A DNA stretch of 32,818 nt from Thraustochytrium aureum (Eukaryota), in assembly GCA_012862495.1 (NCBI GenBank), contig BLSG01000391.1:77677-110494 (forward strand), read 5' to 3'. Of the stretch, positions 1-11,378 are shown in pieces (position 1 is the first letter of the stretch; each line of letters begins with the position of its first letter). The position numbers were made by a program, and so were the translations under genes. The notes under the pieces were generated by a model. That model saw only the letters and a program-made list of their open reading frames with translations, did no database searches and had not been told where the DNA came from.

Positions 1-322
1 CGGGGACAGGTTTTCCCTGATCTGGTACTCAAGCCTTTGAGGCCTCGCGCCTGCCCGCGCAGGTCGCGGTGGACTCCTCTTTTGTGCCTGCTGGCGCGGC
101 GACCGCTAGTGCGGGGGCCGCGCAGGCTGACGGCGCGACGGTGGACGGGGTTTAGCGTCGGAATCGTCAACGAGATTATTCTACACACTCCATGAGTTTC
201 CTTCATGAGCCTGGGAGGGGCGTGGCGTGGAGCCGAGCCATGGGCGGGCGTCGTGGGCCAACGAGCAGAGCGGAGCATGTACAAGCATAGTTTAGAGTTT
301 ATGAAGTGCATACAGAGCCGGC

Positions 323-730
323 TTAGCCGTGCGCGCCATTGAGCGGGCCGTGCGCCTTGGAGCGGCACACGCTATGTTTGTGCTCGTGGTGCATGCGGTC
401 GTTGTAGACTGACTTGTTGGCCTGCATGCCGTTGTTGAGCGCCTTGTGCTCCTCGCGCTGCAGCTGGTCCACGCGCTCCTTGACCTTGGCCTTCTCGATC
501 TCTGCCGCCTCTTTGCTAAACTTTTGCACGGCATCATCCATGCCGGCAGTCCGCCTGGCCTCCTCTTCCCGCTTTGCTGCCTTCTTGCTCAGGGGCTTGG
601 TGTCCTCCTCCTTGTGCTCCTCCGCCGGGCCCTTACCCACGATCATCTCTTTCGCTGACGAGAGGGCTTTGCTCACGTCGCCTTCGCGCAGGTGGAACAT
701 GACACCTCGGCTTTCTTGCTCGCTCGCCAT
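323..730 (-). CDS. Hypothetical small hydrophilic, charged helical protein (135 aa; hydrophilin/LEA-like composition)
   Basis: ATG lies in an AAGATGG context and the ORF ends in TAA. Codons are G/C-ending biased and the protein is rich in K/E/A with no hydrophobic segment. No family recognised. Confidence 0.6.
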   Translation of the reverse strand: MASEQESRGVMFHLREGDVSKALSSAKEMIVGKGPAEEHKEEDTKPLSKKAAKREEEARRTAGMDDAVQKFSKEAAEIEKAKVKERVDQLQREEHKALNNGMQANKSVYNDRMHHEHKHSVCRSKAHGPLNGAHG

Positions 731-1629
731 CTTGATCCTCGCGTTCGTGTCTCTGGCTTGGTGTCTTGGTGTTCGCTCTTCGAGTTGCTGGCAGTCCTGT
801 GTGGCTTGCTGTTTGCTTTTGTGCTGTTGCTAGTTCGATCTCGTTCGGGGTCTGCTCGAGCTCCATGCATCATCAACATGCATGCTTGCATGCCGGCATG
901 CAGATCCACCAAGATCGCTTGCCCATGACAGACGAGCGCCGGCGCGAAACAGTCTCGAACCGAACTGGACCGCGGCCGGAGCTCGGAGCACCAACCCGTC
1001 AAGAACAGCGCACCTCTTGAGCGCGCCGCTGAGGACTCGGAGGCGAAAAGGCCCTGCCAGTGGGGACTCGATGTTCGCCAACGTGAAGAGGAGGACGGCC
1101 CAGCAACAGCGCCGAACCAGCCCGCATGCATGCCTGCCTGCAGCGCTCGATGACCAGGCTGATGAATGCCTGCAGCGCCCGTGTCCGAGCAGGTGCTGGT
1201 GAGTCAAATTGCACGCCCGGCTTGGCGGAGTTGATTTCGACCGCCGCCAAGATGGACTCCGTGTCGTTCGATGAGATGGAAAGGAAATGTCTTTTGACCT
1301 TTTTTTCAATTCCTTAGTTGCCCTACACATGTACTTTACCGAGCTGAACCGCAGGTGCAGCCAAGTAGAGGGACCAGTACCTGTCTCGCCTCTCGTACAG
1401 CTGTTCTTTTAAAGGGCGCCGCCTGGATTCTGCGAGGAACAGCGCTTGTACTCACATCGGTTCCTCTGAACAGAGAAGGTTCCTCTGGAACAGAGAAGAA
1501 CGGAGGGCGGGCTGCTCTTGAAAAACGTGTGTTGACGCTCGCTCGCCATTCGCATCCCGTCCTGGATGCCTGCTGCCTGCCGAGTTCGGGTCCATCTTCG
1601 TCGCTGGTGCCGCGGACCAGGTGATTGTG

Positions 1630-3607
1630 TCAGTGCATTCGCTTGTGGTCCTTGGCGGCGTCCCCGTCAGCGCGGTCTGCAGGCTTGGGCGTCCAAACCG
1701 TCCAAGCCATCACCATAGACGAAAAAACAATAGCTCTCGCGCAGACCACCGGACGCAAGGCCGTTCCCTGGACGAGCGAACACACGACAGAGCAGGCAGA
1801 GCGAAGATGGGTTAGCATGCATTCCTTTGCCAGCCGGCGCGCGATCGAGCAAACCGACTTACCCTTGGCGCAGCAGCACATCTCCATGCCCACGCACGGC
1901 TGGACGGTCTCGCCACTGAGAACCATCGCGAAGACCAGCGCATTGGCGTACCAGACCGTGGCCAGGTAAAAGTACACAAAGCCCTTGCGCCGCGCGTGCC
2001 AGAGCTCGAGCATCTGGAGGCCCCGGCGGCGCTCTAAGATCGAGCTGGTTAGGTCAACAGCAATTTCAACGAGAACCTGGATCCCCGTCGACTGGAGGAT
2101 CGGGAGCATCTGCCGCGCGGAGGCTCTGCGAACGGCTCGTCCAAGGTGACAAAGTAGTCGATCGGCAGCTGCAATTTGCGCCGGTTGAACAAGGCGATCA
2201 CGCCTGGCACCGTCAAGATGGCGACCAGCTCTGCGAGTTTCTCACCAAGCAACCAAGTTGCATAAAACCTGTGGCGCACGGCATGGGCTTCGACAGTGCT
2301 CGACGCCAGCCTCGATGTTGCGGACCTGTACAGGGCCGCGCCGGGTTCGAGCGGCGAGCCCGACGAGGCCCGACCCGCCAGAGCCCGGCCCGGCTCAAAG
2401 CGCGTCGGGAAAGCCAGTGCTGCGAGGTTTTTCGTGGAGCCATTCCGAGCGTCGAACGGGACGATGGTGCTCGAGGCCAGTTCGCTGCGAACTGCCCAAG
2501 CGGAGCCGCAGACCGCTCGCCTGACCCTCTCAAACAGCCTGCTTGAGGCCTCCAAGCGCCACTCTAGCGTGATTCGCATGGTCACTTCAAAAGCGGCCTG
2601 GCCAACTAAGACCGCGGCAAGGAGCACGTCGTCGTGAAAGGTTGCGAAGAAAAAGCGCATGAACAGCGCCCAGAAGAGCTGAATCCAAAACGAAAAGAAG
2701 AACGCTACGTGGCGCCGCACCGTGCGCGGCGATGCCGGGTCGAACCGGATAGCGAGGGTCATGGCCGAGCTCCTCGTGAAAAAGTAGGTAAACTCTCGCA
2801 CCACTGGGATCACGACGAGCGCCGTGAAGGATTTGACCGTCCTTGTCCGAGGCACGATGCGAAGGACGCCGGCTAGCGCAACTCCGGTCGCGACGACCAC
2901 TACTTGGCTGGCCGCCTGCCACGGGATGCGCGAACTCGGACTCAGGAGGCAGCGCCGGAGCACCAAGGGAAGGAGGATCACGGGCAGCGTTGCCAGGACC
3001 GCTGTCGGGACCGCGGCCGGCCCCAAGTAGAACTGTGACAACTTGAAAGCCAATCGCCCGGCACCATGGCGCCAAGGACCATCACATACTGGCGCGTAGT
3101 CGCTCGCAAGTAGACGAGAAAGACGGTGGGGAGGTAGAAAAACCAGGGGATGTCGAACGAAGTCAATACCGGCCAAGTGTCGGGCCACACCCCCAACCGT
3201 GGCACGCGAATCGTTGTCTTGCTGGCCAGGTCGACGTCCCAGAACGCGCGAGCTTCGGCGAACCGCAGCGGGAGGCACACGACTGCGATCGACAAGAAGC
3301 CAATGTACGAGTACGCGATCAGCTCTGCCGCGAGCCTCAACGACTTGCGCACCACCGTCTGCAGGCTCGCCTCGTCGCCTGGCTTCGCTGACACGCTAGT
3401 ATTCGCCTTTCCCAGGCTGCCCGCCTTTGCCGGCACGTCGCTCGCGCCATCGTGACCGACCGAGACTCTGTCATGCACGTTGTCATGCATGTTGTCATTT
3501 ACGTTGTCATGCATGTTGTCATGCACGTTGTCACGCATGTCGTCATGCACGTTGTCACGCATGTTGGCGGGAAAGGTCCAGGATCTGCCCGCATTTTTCA
3601 CCAGCAC
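1630..3607 (-). CDS. Multi-pass membrane protein of unknown function, split by two frameshifts (sequencing errors or pseudogene); 5' end uncertain
   Basis: Three overlapping minus ORFs (2978-3607, 2049-3278, 1630-2109) each carry TM-like stretches, e.g. LIAYSYIGFLSIAVVCL, VAFFFSFWIQLFWALFMRFFF, FVYFYLATVWYANALVFAMVL. They join into one protein with 1-nt shifts near 3060 and 2120. Confidence 0.55.
3469..3564. repeat. 12-bp tandem repeat x8 (consensus TGTCATGCAYGT), encoding (N/D)(M/V)(H/R/N)D repeats on the minus strand
   Basis: Eight consecutive 12-mers read directly; translation is NMRDNVHDDMRDNVHDNMHDNVNDNMHDNVHD. Confidence 0.95.
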
Positions 3608-4779
3608 TGGACCGGTGAATCCGTTTGAGTGTTTGCGGCAGTGGCACGGGGCTTGGCTTCACCGTTCATCGACCTGCCTGACACAACCGCTGAGGGACTC
3701 GGAGAGAGAAACCCTCGCGTGTGGCGCAGCGAGCGCCAATCGCCGCCAATCGCGTCAGAGCGCAATTGCGGAAGACTTCTCCATGAACCCTACCAAGTAC
3801 AGGCAGGCGAACGGGCAGCCGCAGGCCGAGGAGGGTCGCGCTGCGAGGCTCATGGCCACGACTATCCGTTGCGCAAGGATCAGGCAGCCTGACACAACTT
3901 GTCTCCGCACTCGAGCGCTCGCAGCCGCTCGTCAGAGAGACGACACTCGCTAGAGAGAGCCAACTCGTAGTTGTCAAGCAGGCGGCAGGGCGGCGTCTTG
4001 TCCGCTCCGCTGCTGCGCGCTGTCGCGGCACGAGCGGGGCTGCAAACGCGTCCTCGCCACGGTCAACGGCACAATAGCCACGCGTATGTACTCAACTAGC
4101 TCTGGAGGTCGAACGGCATGGAGTCGAAGTTGAGTTGAACGCGTTCGATCGTTGAATTTGAATGGAGACCTGGACGGACCTTCGACCCCCGGCAGTCATG
4201 ACCAACCTCTCCGTCATTGTCGGCGGGCGGGCGCGGGCGCTGCAGTCATCACCGACGCGTCCGTCCACAGAGCGCGCGCGAGGGCCACCTCGGCAAGCCT
4301 CCCCAACTCCAGGCGATAAATGCACGGCCAATAATTGCGCCGGCCACCCGCGGCATTTCGCCGGCAGGGCCAATAATTGCCGGCGAACTGAGATTACTCG
4401 AGCAAGCGCACATGCAGGCAGGCACGCGGGCGCGCGCGCCAGCGTCCATCGAGGCCGCTTCAGCACGCACGCGCGCGGCGCCCGGCTACGCGCGAGGATA
4501 AGTCCTTGCTCCACCCACCACCCGATTCGCGGCTTGCTCGGTGCGAGTCGCGCACGGGGCGCGTGAGGGTCTGTCGCGCAATTATTGGCTTTGGAAAAAC
4601 GAAACAGTTTGTTTTCTGCCGAGTACTTGGGTGGTTTTTTGTGTGTGTTGGCAGCAGACAGGACAGTACTCAGGCGGTTGGCAGAGCTGCATTGGCGCTG
4701 GCGCATTGGACTGCCTGACGCTGCGACTGCGTTCGTGCGCGATCCCTGGCGGAATTGGTCGCACTGGCCGTGGTTTATC

Positions 4780-4782
<3 letters not shown>

Positions 4783-4815
<33 letters not shown>
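4783..4815. repeat. (CTG)11 microsatellite in the presumed 5' UTR of the IDH gene
   Basis: Perfect CTG run ending 30 nt upstream of the ATG at 4846. Confidence 0.95.
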
Positions 4816-4817
<2 letters not shown>

Positions 4818-4845
4818 TGGGCGCTTGTTTGGTTGGAGTGGAAGG

Positions 4846-6363
4846 ATGTGGGCCGTGTCTTCCACGGTCGGCGCGCTCGCGCGCTCGGCTCGCACCGGAC
4901 GCCGCGACGCGGCATGGGGCGCGAGGAAGTTTAGCGCGACGAACAAGATCGTGCTGCCGCCCATGGTGTATATCAAGGGCGAGGAGATGACCAGGTACGC
5001 CATGCAGATGATTCTGGACAAGTGGGTCGAGCCCCACCTGGACACGCGCAACTGGGAGTACTACGACCTGAGCTGCGTGGCGCGCGACTCGAGCGAGGAC
5101 AAGTGCCTCCGCGATGCCGTCGAGGCCGGCACGCGCATCAAGTCCATCTTCAAGGAGCCCACCGTGACGCCAACCGAGGTCCAAAAGCAGCAGCTCGGGC
5201 TGAAGAAGACCTGGGGGAGCCCCAACGGGGCGATGCGCCGCGGCTGGAACGGGATCACCATCTCGCGCGACACTATCATGATTGAGGGCATGGAGTTGGG
5301 GTATCGCCAGCCCGTCCTCTTCGAGCGCCACGCAGTGGGAGGCGAGTACAGTGCCGGCTACGCTACCGTCGGCAAGGGCCGGCTTCGCACGATGTACTTC
5401 CCCGAGGGCACGGACGTGACTGACGTGAACAACGCCAAGCTCATCGACGACCGCGAGCTCGAGGACTCGGCCAGCGCAGTCGTCACCTACGACAACCCGC
5501 TCGACAACGTGATCGACCTGGCGCACCACTTCTTCACGCGCTGCCTGCAGGCTCGCGTCACCCCTTACGTGGTCACCAAAAAGACCGTCTTCAAGTGGCA
5601 GGAGGGCTTTTGGACCCGCATGAAGGACGTCTTTGACGAGCACTACAAGCAGCGGTTCCAGGAGGCGGGCCTGCTCGACAACACCGGCGGCGAGCTGCGC
5701 CACCTCATCTCGGACGCGGCCACCATGCAGCTCATCCGCTGGACCCAGGGCGGATTTGGCATGGCGGCGCACAACTACGACGGAGACATGCTCACCGACG
5801 AGCTCGCCCAGATCCACCGCAGCCCCGGCTTCATCACCTCCAACCTGATCGGCAAGGCTGCAGACGGAACCATGATCAAGGAGTTTGAGGCCTCGCACGG
5901 CACTGTCTCCGACATGTGGCTCGACCACCTCGAGGGCGAGGAGACGAGCCTCAACCCGCTCGGCCTCGTCGAGGCGCTCATTGGCGCTATGCAGCACTCT
6001 GCCGCGCTCGTCAACACGCCGGAGACGCAGCAGATCTTCAATTTTACCAACAGGATGCGGTCTACGATCCACAAGGCTTTCGTGGCGGGCAAGGGCACAC
6101 GCGACATCTCGGGCCCCGAGGGCCTCACCACCGAGGCCTTTACCGACCTCATCGCGGAAGCCCTTGTAAACCCGAAGGTGCTCGATGCGGCCCTTCCGCC
6201 GCGTGCCGAGAAGGCAAAGCCCAAGACTAACCCCTCCTTTGATCTTGCTGACAAGGACCAGATGCGCCTGTTCTTTGAGGAGCTCGACAAGGACAAGAAT
6301 GGCTCCATCGACTACGTGGAGTTTGAGGCCGGCATGATCCGCCTGAACGTCTTCCCCAAAAAG
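4846..6363 (+). CDS. IDH: Type II (homodimeric-family) isocitrate dehydrogenase, mitochondrial, probably NAD+-specific, with a C-terminal EF-hand; last exon unresolved
   Basis: IDH motifs include GEEMTRY, KEPTVTP, WGSPNGAMRRGWNG, SRDTI, KKTVFK, HNYDGDMLTD and EASHGTV. The N-terminus is an Arg/Ser/Ala-rich presequence (MWAVSSTVGALARSARTGRR). The EF loop is DKDKNGSIDYVE. AAG|GTAAGT at 6363/6364 is a strong donor site, after which the ORF stops looking like coding sequence. Confidence 0.93.
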
Positions 6364-6779
6364 GTAAGTTGGCGCGAGTTGGTTGGCATCGTGGCTCTCG
6401 CTCTGACGCCCACCGCCCGTGCTTGCAACAGTACTTTCCCGCGGGCAAGCCCAAGCGCATGTAGAAAAAAAAACGTGGCGCACCTCCCCTTTGTCCAGCC
6501 GGCGGCGGTCCGGGCCGGGCCGCTTCGGGCGAGAGAGTGGACGAGAGAGAGAGGAGGGAGGACGTGGACTTGGATTGATCACTGGACGCGCCGCCTTCGT
6601 CTGCTCCCGGTACGAAGAAGCGTGCAAGTGGATAGGCAAAGCAACATCAACGGTGCCCTTTTTTTCCCTTGCGTGCTTGCCTCTCTACAAGAGCTAGCTC
6701 TAGAGTGAGAACGGCCAGCGCCAGCTCAGCTTAGAGCAAGGCAACAGGCGCCACGATCCTGGAAACGAAACAGAGCTAG

Positions 6780-7270
6780 GTCTTGACCAAGAACGCCGAT
6801 GCGCATCGCCGATAACGCCAAGCACGAAGAGATGGAAGGCCTCACCGCGGACGCGACGTGTGCTGCATGCTGAATTGAGATTTTTTTGCTCGGCCACTCC
6901 TGCTAAAGACTTTCCATCATCTCCAACTCGGCCTGCACGGGCGTGTTTGGCTGCGCCACGGTCGAGGAGCTTTGTTGTTGAGATCCGGCGGGCTGGATCC
7001 CTCGGGCTCTTGAACGAACGCCCTCATCGCCAATCACGTCGAGCATGAAGGAGTGGAGGGCCTGGCCGCGGATGCAACGCCAGGTGTACACGGCGCGGCC
7101 CGTACAGGCCGAGCTGGAGATTGTCGAAGGTCCTTGAGCAACAGGGGGCTTGATGTTGAAGATGTTGTTGTTGATGATGACGCGCTGTCGTAGTCCTCGG
7201 GCTCTTGAACGCCCGCATCGCCAATCGCGTCGAGCACGAAGGAGTGCGAGCTCATGCAACAGACGCGACG
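6780..7270. repeat. Degenerate ~200-220 bp tandem triplication with an internal inverted segment
   Basis: A core resembling cttgaac...gcatcgccaat...gagcacgaagga...gacgcgacg recurs near 6782, 7008 and 7204. Positions 6919-6942 are the reverse complement of 7098-7121 (22/24 match). Confidence 0.75.
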
Positions 7271-7304
7271 GCCATCATTGCGGAAGCCCGCGAACGAGGC
7301 CAAG

Positions 7305-7370
7305 GGGCAGGCAAGGTTCAGACAACCCCAACGGGACCAATGGGCGGGCAGGGTTCAGACAACCCCAACG
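7305..7370. repeat. 29-bp direct repeat x2 (37-bp period)
   Basis: gggcaggcaaggttcagacaaccccaacg versus gggcgggcagggttcagacaaccccaacg (2 mismatches). Confidence 0.9.
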
Positions 7371-7924
7371 TGCCCCTGGCGCGAGATCCACCAAAGCTGT
7401 GAGCGCGACGAGGATCTATTTGATGACCTTGCAGTGCCGTCCCATCTCGAGCACTGCAGGGCACCTCGCACCCCACCTTGCATCCCGCAGCGCACCTTGC
7501 ATCTAGATTGAGGCAGTCGCTATGGCACAACACCCTAGCCCAAACCTAACCTGGCTCAACTGGCGAAACCGCACTAGGCAGCCAAGGTGCAAGGACTTCC
7601 CCGCGAGACAATTGTACCCCATAGCGTATCTTTTCCCCAGTCCGTTTGCATTTCATTTCCCCAGCCCGTTTCACGACGGCTGTTTGACAGACGGCCTGGC
7701 CTGGCCTGCCGTGGCTGCTTGCTGAAGCGAGCTCGACCGTGTGGTTTGTTGCCAAGTAACAGACGCGCGCTGCCAACTTCCTTGTGCCTGCTTGCTTGCC
7801 TTGGTCGAACGGCGCAGTTGCCCCGCCGCCGGCAGACCCCAAACTGAATCGTATCGTCGACTTGCGTCGCACGAATCACATCGCTCGCAAGCAGCAGGAC
7901 GAAAGCAACAAACGCGCACAGAAT

Positions 7925-8851
7925 ATGGCTTCGAGCATCGAGGGCATGGTGGCCGCCGCAGCTTGGGACCTCGACCGCATGCTGAACGAGTCACAGCCAT
8001 ACCTGGAGCAGCTGGCTCACGAGGCTGGCCAGATTAGCGCGGCGTTCAACCGCCTGAGCGAGAAACTCATCAACCAGTACCCTGTCGAGAGCGGCGTCGC
8101 TTTCGTGGCGCTTTGCTCGATCGTGGTCTTGGCCGGAGCCATCAGCACGAGACGAGAGGCTGGAGCCGAGCAGGCTGCTGCCTCAGAGGACTCGGACGTG
8201 CCTGAAGCGCCAACCCAAAGTGCTGACGAGTGCAAGGATATCGCGACAGTCGACAGCGACGGCGCGTCGGAGGCGAGCGCCGAGGACGCCGAGGCCCTCC
8301 CCCTCCCAGAAACGGCAAGTGTGGTGGGGGACAGCACTCCACCAGCATCTACTCAAGTCCAGGACGACTCTACGCAAGTCCAGGACAATGCGCAACCGCC
8401 CGCGGAGGTGACCACAGAGTGCGCGGTTGGGGCAAGCGCGAGCTCTGCGGTCGACGATCGCGGCGACGACGAGCTCCAGGTTGCCGAAGCGGAAACAACT
8501 CTCCACGAGACCAACGAGGAGGCGGAGGAGGAGGAGGCTTCAGAAGGAGCGCCTACGACAAGCGCCACAGCAGACGACGAGGAGCCGGCAGAAGCCAGCT
8601 GCTTGAGCCCGGAAGCGGGCGAGCCCTCCGAATCGGCATCAGAGGCCGACGAAGCTGACACAGAGGAGCGTTTCGCGGACGCAGGGCCAGTCAAGTCAAC
8701 CCGAGTCCTTGCCTTGATCAACGCAGGCTCCAAGTCGCGGCGGCTCTCGACGCGGTCTGCGCCCAACATGACTGCCAAGAGCTCTCCGATCGGGACGCGG
8801 CGATCGACGCGCTCAAGACGCGCCCCCGAGATGTACTCGCCGACCAAGTAG
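7925..8851 (+). CDS. Hypothetical single-pass membrane protein with a long acidic disordered region and a basic Ser/Arg-rich tail (308 aa)
   Basis: ATG at 7925 (AATATGG) starts MASSIEG. The TM segment is GVAFVALCSIVVLAGAI, followed by an E/D/A/S-rich middle and the C-terminus RRSTRSRRAPEMYSPTK*. Codon usage looks coding. Confidence 0.75.
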   Translation: MASSIEGMVAAAAWDLDRMLNESQPYLEQLAHEAGQISAAFNRLSEKLINQYPVESGVAFVALCSIVVLAGAISTRREAGAEQAAASEDSDVPEAPTQSADECKDIATVDSDGASEASAEDAEALPLPETASVVGDSTPPASTQVQDDSTQVQDNAQPPAEVTTECAVGASASSAVDDRGDDELQVAEAETTLHETNEEAEEEEASEGAPTTSATADDEEPAEASCLSPEAGEPSESASEADEADTEERFADAGPVKSTRVLALINAGSKSRRLSTRSAPNMTAKSSPIGTRRSTRSRRAPEMYSPTK

Positions 8852-9731
8852 GCGCGCGATGAGGACAGCGCATGGAAGGCTGGCTGCGGCTGCCTTGCCT
8901 GCAGTCTGCCCTACATTGCACGGCGGGCTTGGCTTGGTCTTGTCCGGCGTGCTGCCCGTGGTACGTACCATAGAATGCGTCGATCCAGGAGGAGGTAAGG
9001 GAAGGGACTCTGTCCTCTTCCAAGACTGGCGTCGGGCATCGAGCGCGCAGGTGTTATTGAGGGAGTATTCGCTTTTCGCGGTTTGAGCTGATGACGGCCG
9101 TCCCAGCCGCTCGTTCCTCGTTGGACGACGGTGAAAGACGTAGATGAATGAATGAACCAACTGAATCGACCAATGAATGCCCCGCTTCCCCCGACCAATG
9201 CACGAGGTGCAGATCTGCCCTGCCGCTCCTCGTTTCTTCCAAAACGCCATGCTGAGCGAGCGAGCGTGTACTGTACACACACAGCACTTCCGTCAGTCAC
9301 TACAACACAACCAACCAACCGGTCCTCGTTCGTTTGCCCAACAACGCATGCAGCGATCATCGGCAGTCCAGTCCGTCCGGTCCGTAGGAGAATCAAGCCT
9401 CCTCCACCTGGGGCGAGGCGAGAGTTCCTATTTCAATCATGCGAGACGAGATCGATCGTTTCGCCACTCGCTGCAAAAGGAGAAATCATGAGATACGTGG
9501 AGAGCTCCCGCCGCCCCAGACCTGCAACAGCCACGTGCGTGCGCATCCACAGCCGCCCCTCCTTCAACTACCAGATAGTGCAGCAATTTTGAGTGTCAGT
9601 CAGTCAGGCAGGCTTGCGTTGATTCTTGTATTTGCGTAAAGCTTTAGTTGCACGAGTGCAGGCGCTGAAGCGCCCGCCACTCGCACCAAAGATTTCCATC
9701 CCACCAATGCCGTACTTGTGAGCGCGCACGT

Positions 9732-9798
9732 CCGGAGTAGAAGAGGAAGAAACGCACGCTGGACGGCCGGAGTAGAAGAGGAAGAAACCACGCTGGAC
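9732..9798. repeat. ~33-bp direct repeat x2 in the intergenic/3' region
   Basis: ccggagtagaagaggaagaaac(g)cacgctggac at 9732 and 9767. Confidence 0.9.
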
Positions 9799-9904
9799 AG
9801 GGGGTGAAGGGTAGCAAGCCGAGCTAGCTCTTGGGAGAGACGTTCAGTCGGTGCGTCGCTCGACCAAGACCCGAAGAGCTAGCCAGCCCGCTGGGGCGGC
9901 TGCA

Positions 9905-10890
9905 CTAGGCGTCCCGCGGGTCGACGGAAACCATGCCATTCATCAGGTTTTGCGTTTTCTCGACGCCCCAGAAAAGGGCCGCGTTCGACGGGAATGCGCG
10001 CGCGACGACCGGGAGAAGGCCGCGATAAAACCCGCGAAGGCCTTGCTGGTGAAAGATGTTCCTGGTCGTCTCGACGATCGAGGTGGGTGTGTTGAAGACC
10101 TGCTGCTGCGTCTTGACTGCGTCGGCGGGAAGAGCGACGAGCCAGAACGCGATGCCGCCGAGGCCGCCCGCAGTGAGTGTGCGGGCGTCCTTGGTCTCAA
10201 AGATCTTGCGCTCCTCGAGGGTCTTCTTGCTGTACTCGTACATGCCAAAGAAGGCAATGTTGCCGGGGACCTCGCGGATCACGGTGGCGCCGAGCCCGTT
10301 GAAGAGGCTCCCGACGCCGTGCTTGCGCACCAGGTTGGCGGCCACTTGCATGGTGCTCGTGGTGGAGTCGCCGGTCTGCACGCGCACCTTGATGAGCTCG
10401 ATCGGGCAGAGCGCCATCGAGGTCACAAAGGCTGCGAGGCTGCCAGCGAAGGCGCCCTTGAGGAGCGCCGAGTTGGACGCAGCCAGGTCTGCCCGTCGAG
10501 CGCGGGCGATTCCAGCGCGCGCTCCACGCTGGCGCTGATCTGGCCGTAGCTCATGAACAGGATCGAGTTTTCGGCCGCGTTTGCGGCCAAGGCGGCGCCT
10601 CCGCCGGCGTACCAGCCCTTGACGATGCCGCGCGTTCGCAGAACCTGAACGAGGCAGCCCATCGTGGTGGTTCCAAAGTTGCGCGTCGTGGAAGACTGTG
10701 CCTGCATCAGCACTTTGGCGGTGTCGAGCGGGTGCCCGACGAGGACGCAGCAGGCGCCGCCGACGAGGCCAGCGGTCGAGTCTACGACCATGGGCCAGGC
10801 GGCGTACCCCATGCGCTTGAGCGTGGCTGGGATTGCCGGAAGGTGGCCCGCGCGGGTCTCGTGATGCTCAACATGTCGGTTGCTCTCCAT
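9905..10890 (-). CDS. Mitochondrial carrier (SLC25) of the ornithine/basic amino acid/carnitine-carrier-like group; one frameshift near 10490
   Basis: Three Px[DE]xx[KR] signatures are present (HPLDTAK, CPIELIK, LPADAVK), plus GWYAG, REVPGNIAFFGMYE and GLRGFYRGLLPVVARAFPSNAALF. ORFs 10423-11256 and 9905-10426 join if one G is added to the GGG run in GACGGGCAGACCTG. Confidence 0.9.
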
Positions 10891-11378
10891 TACCGTCCGT
10901 GCTACGGGTCGGGCCGCCGCGGCCTCCCGCTCCAAGCGTCTAGCGACGTTTTCGGGTACCTTGCTCTGCAGCAGCGCTTCGCCGCTGCGCCTCCAGTCAG
11001 ATCGAAACCCAACCGACTCCACCAGCGTGCCGACCGAGCAACGACCAGCACCGGTTCGTTCGTCAAAGACCCCGACGGCCTTTCGCCGGTCTTGTTGTAC
11101 GCGGCTTTCGAGCCCGGCTTCGGCCTCGAGTACTGTCGCAAAACCAACAACAGCGAAACCCGAGTCCGAAAGGTGCCCCGGCGCCTTTTCTTCTTGTTTG
11201 TGTTCTGGCCGGCTTGCGCTTGGTCCCTGCGATCGATTCACGGTCAGTAGCAACACCAGTGGCGGCGGCGGCGGGCTGCGGCTGTTGGTTGGTTCGTGGA
11301 CCTGGCGGCGATTCGTGACTGCCGCGCATCCGCGTCCACAACCCTGGCGGGCTCACCTAATTCCCTATTCGGCGGCCG

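Noticed and set aside
1459..1497. 19-20 bp duplicated unit with an internal CTCTG/CAGAG mini-hairpin
   Set aside because: Too short to support a function; consistent with a local slippage duplication.
4585..4845. N-terminal extension of IDH with poly-Leu resembling a signal or TM segment
   Set aside because: It starts at TTG and the poly-Leu is just the (CTG)11 microsatellite. The ATG at 4846 gives a proper mitochondrial presequence.
4582..6639. 685-aa minus-strand ORF
   Set aside because: Antisense shadow of the IDH gene caused by high GC3. The same applies to ORFs 13938-14936, 19288-20682, 25360-26457, 26602-27822 and 28988-30136.
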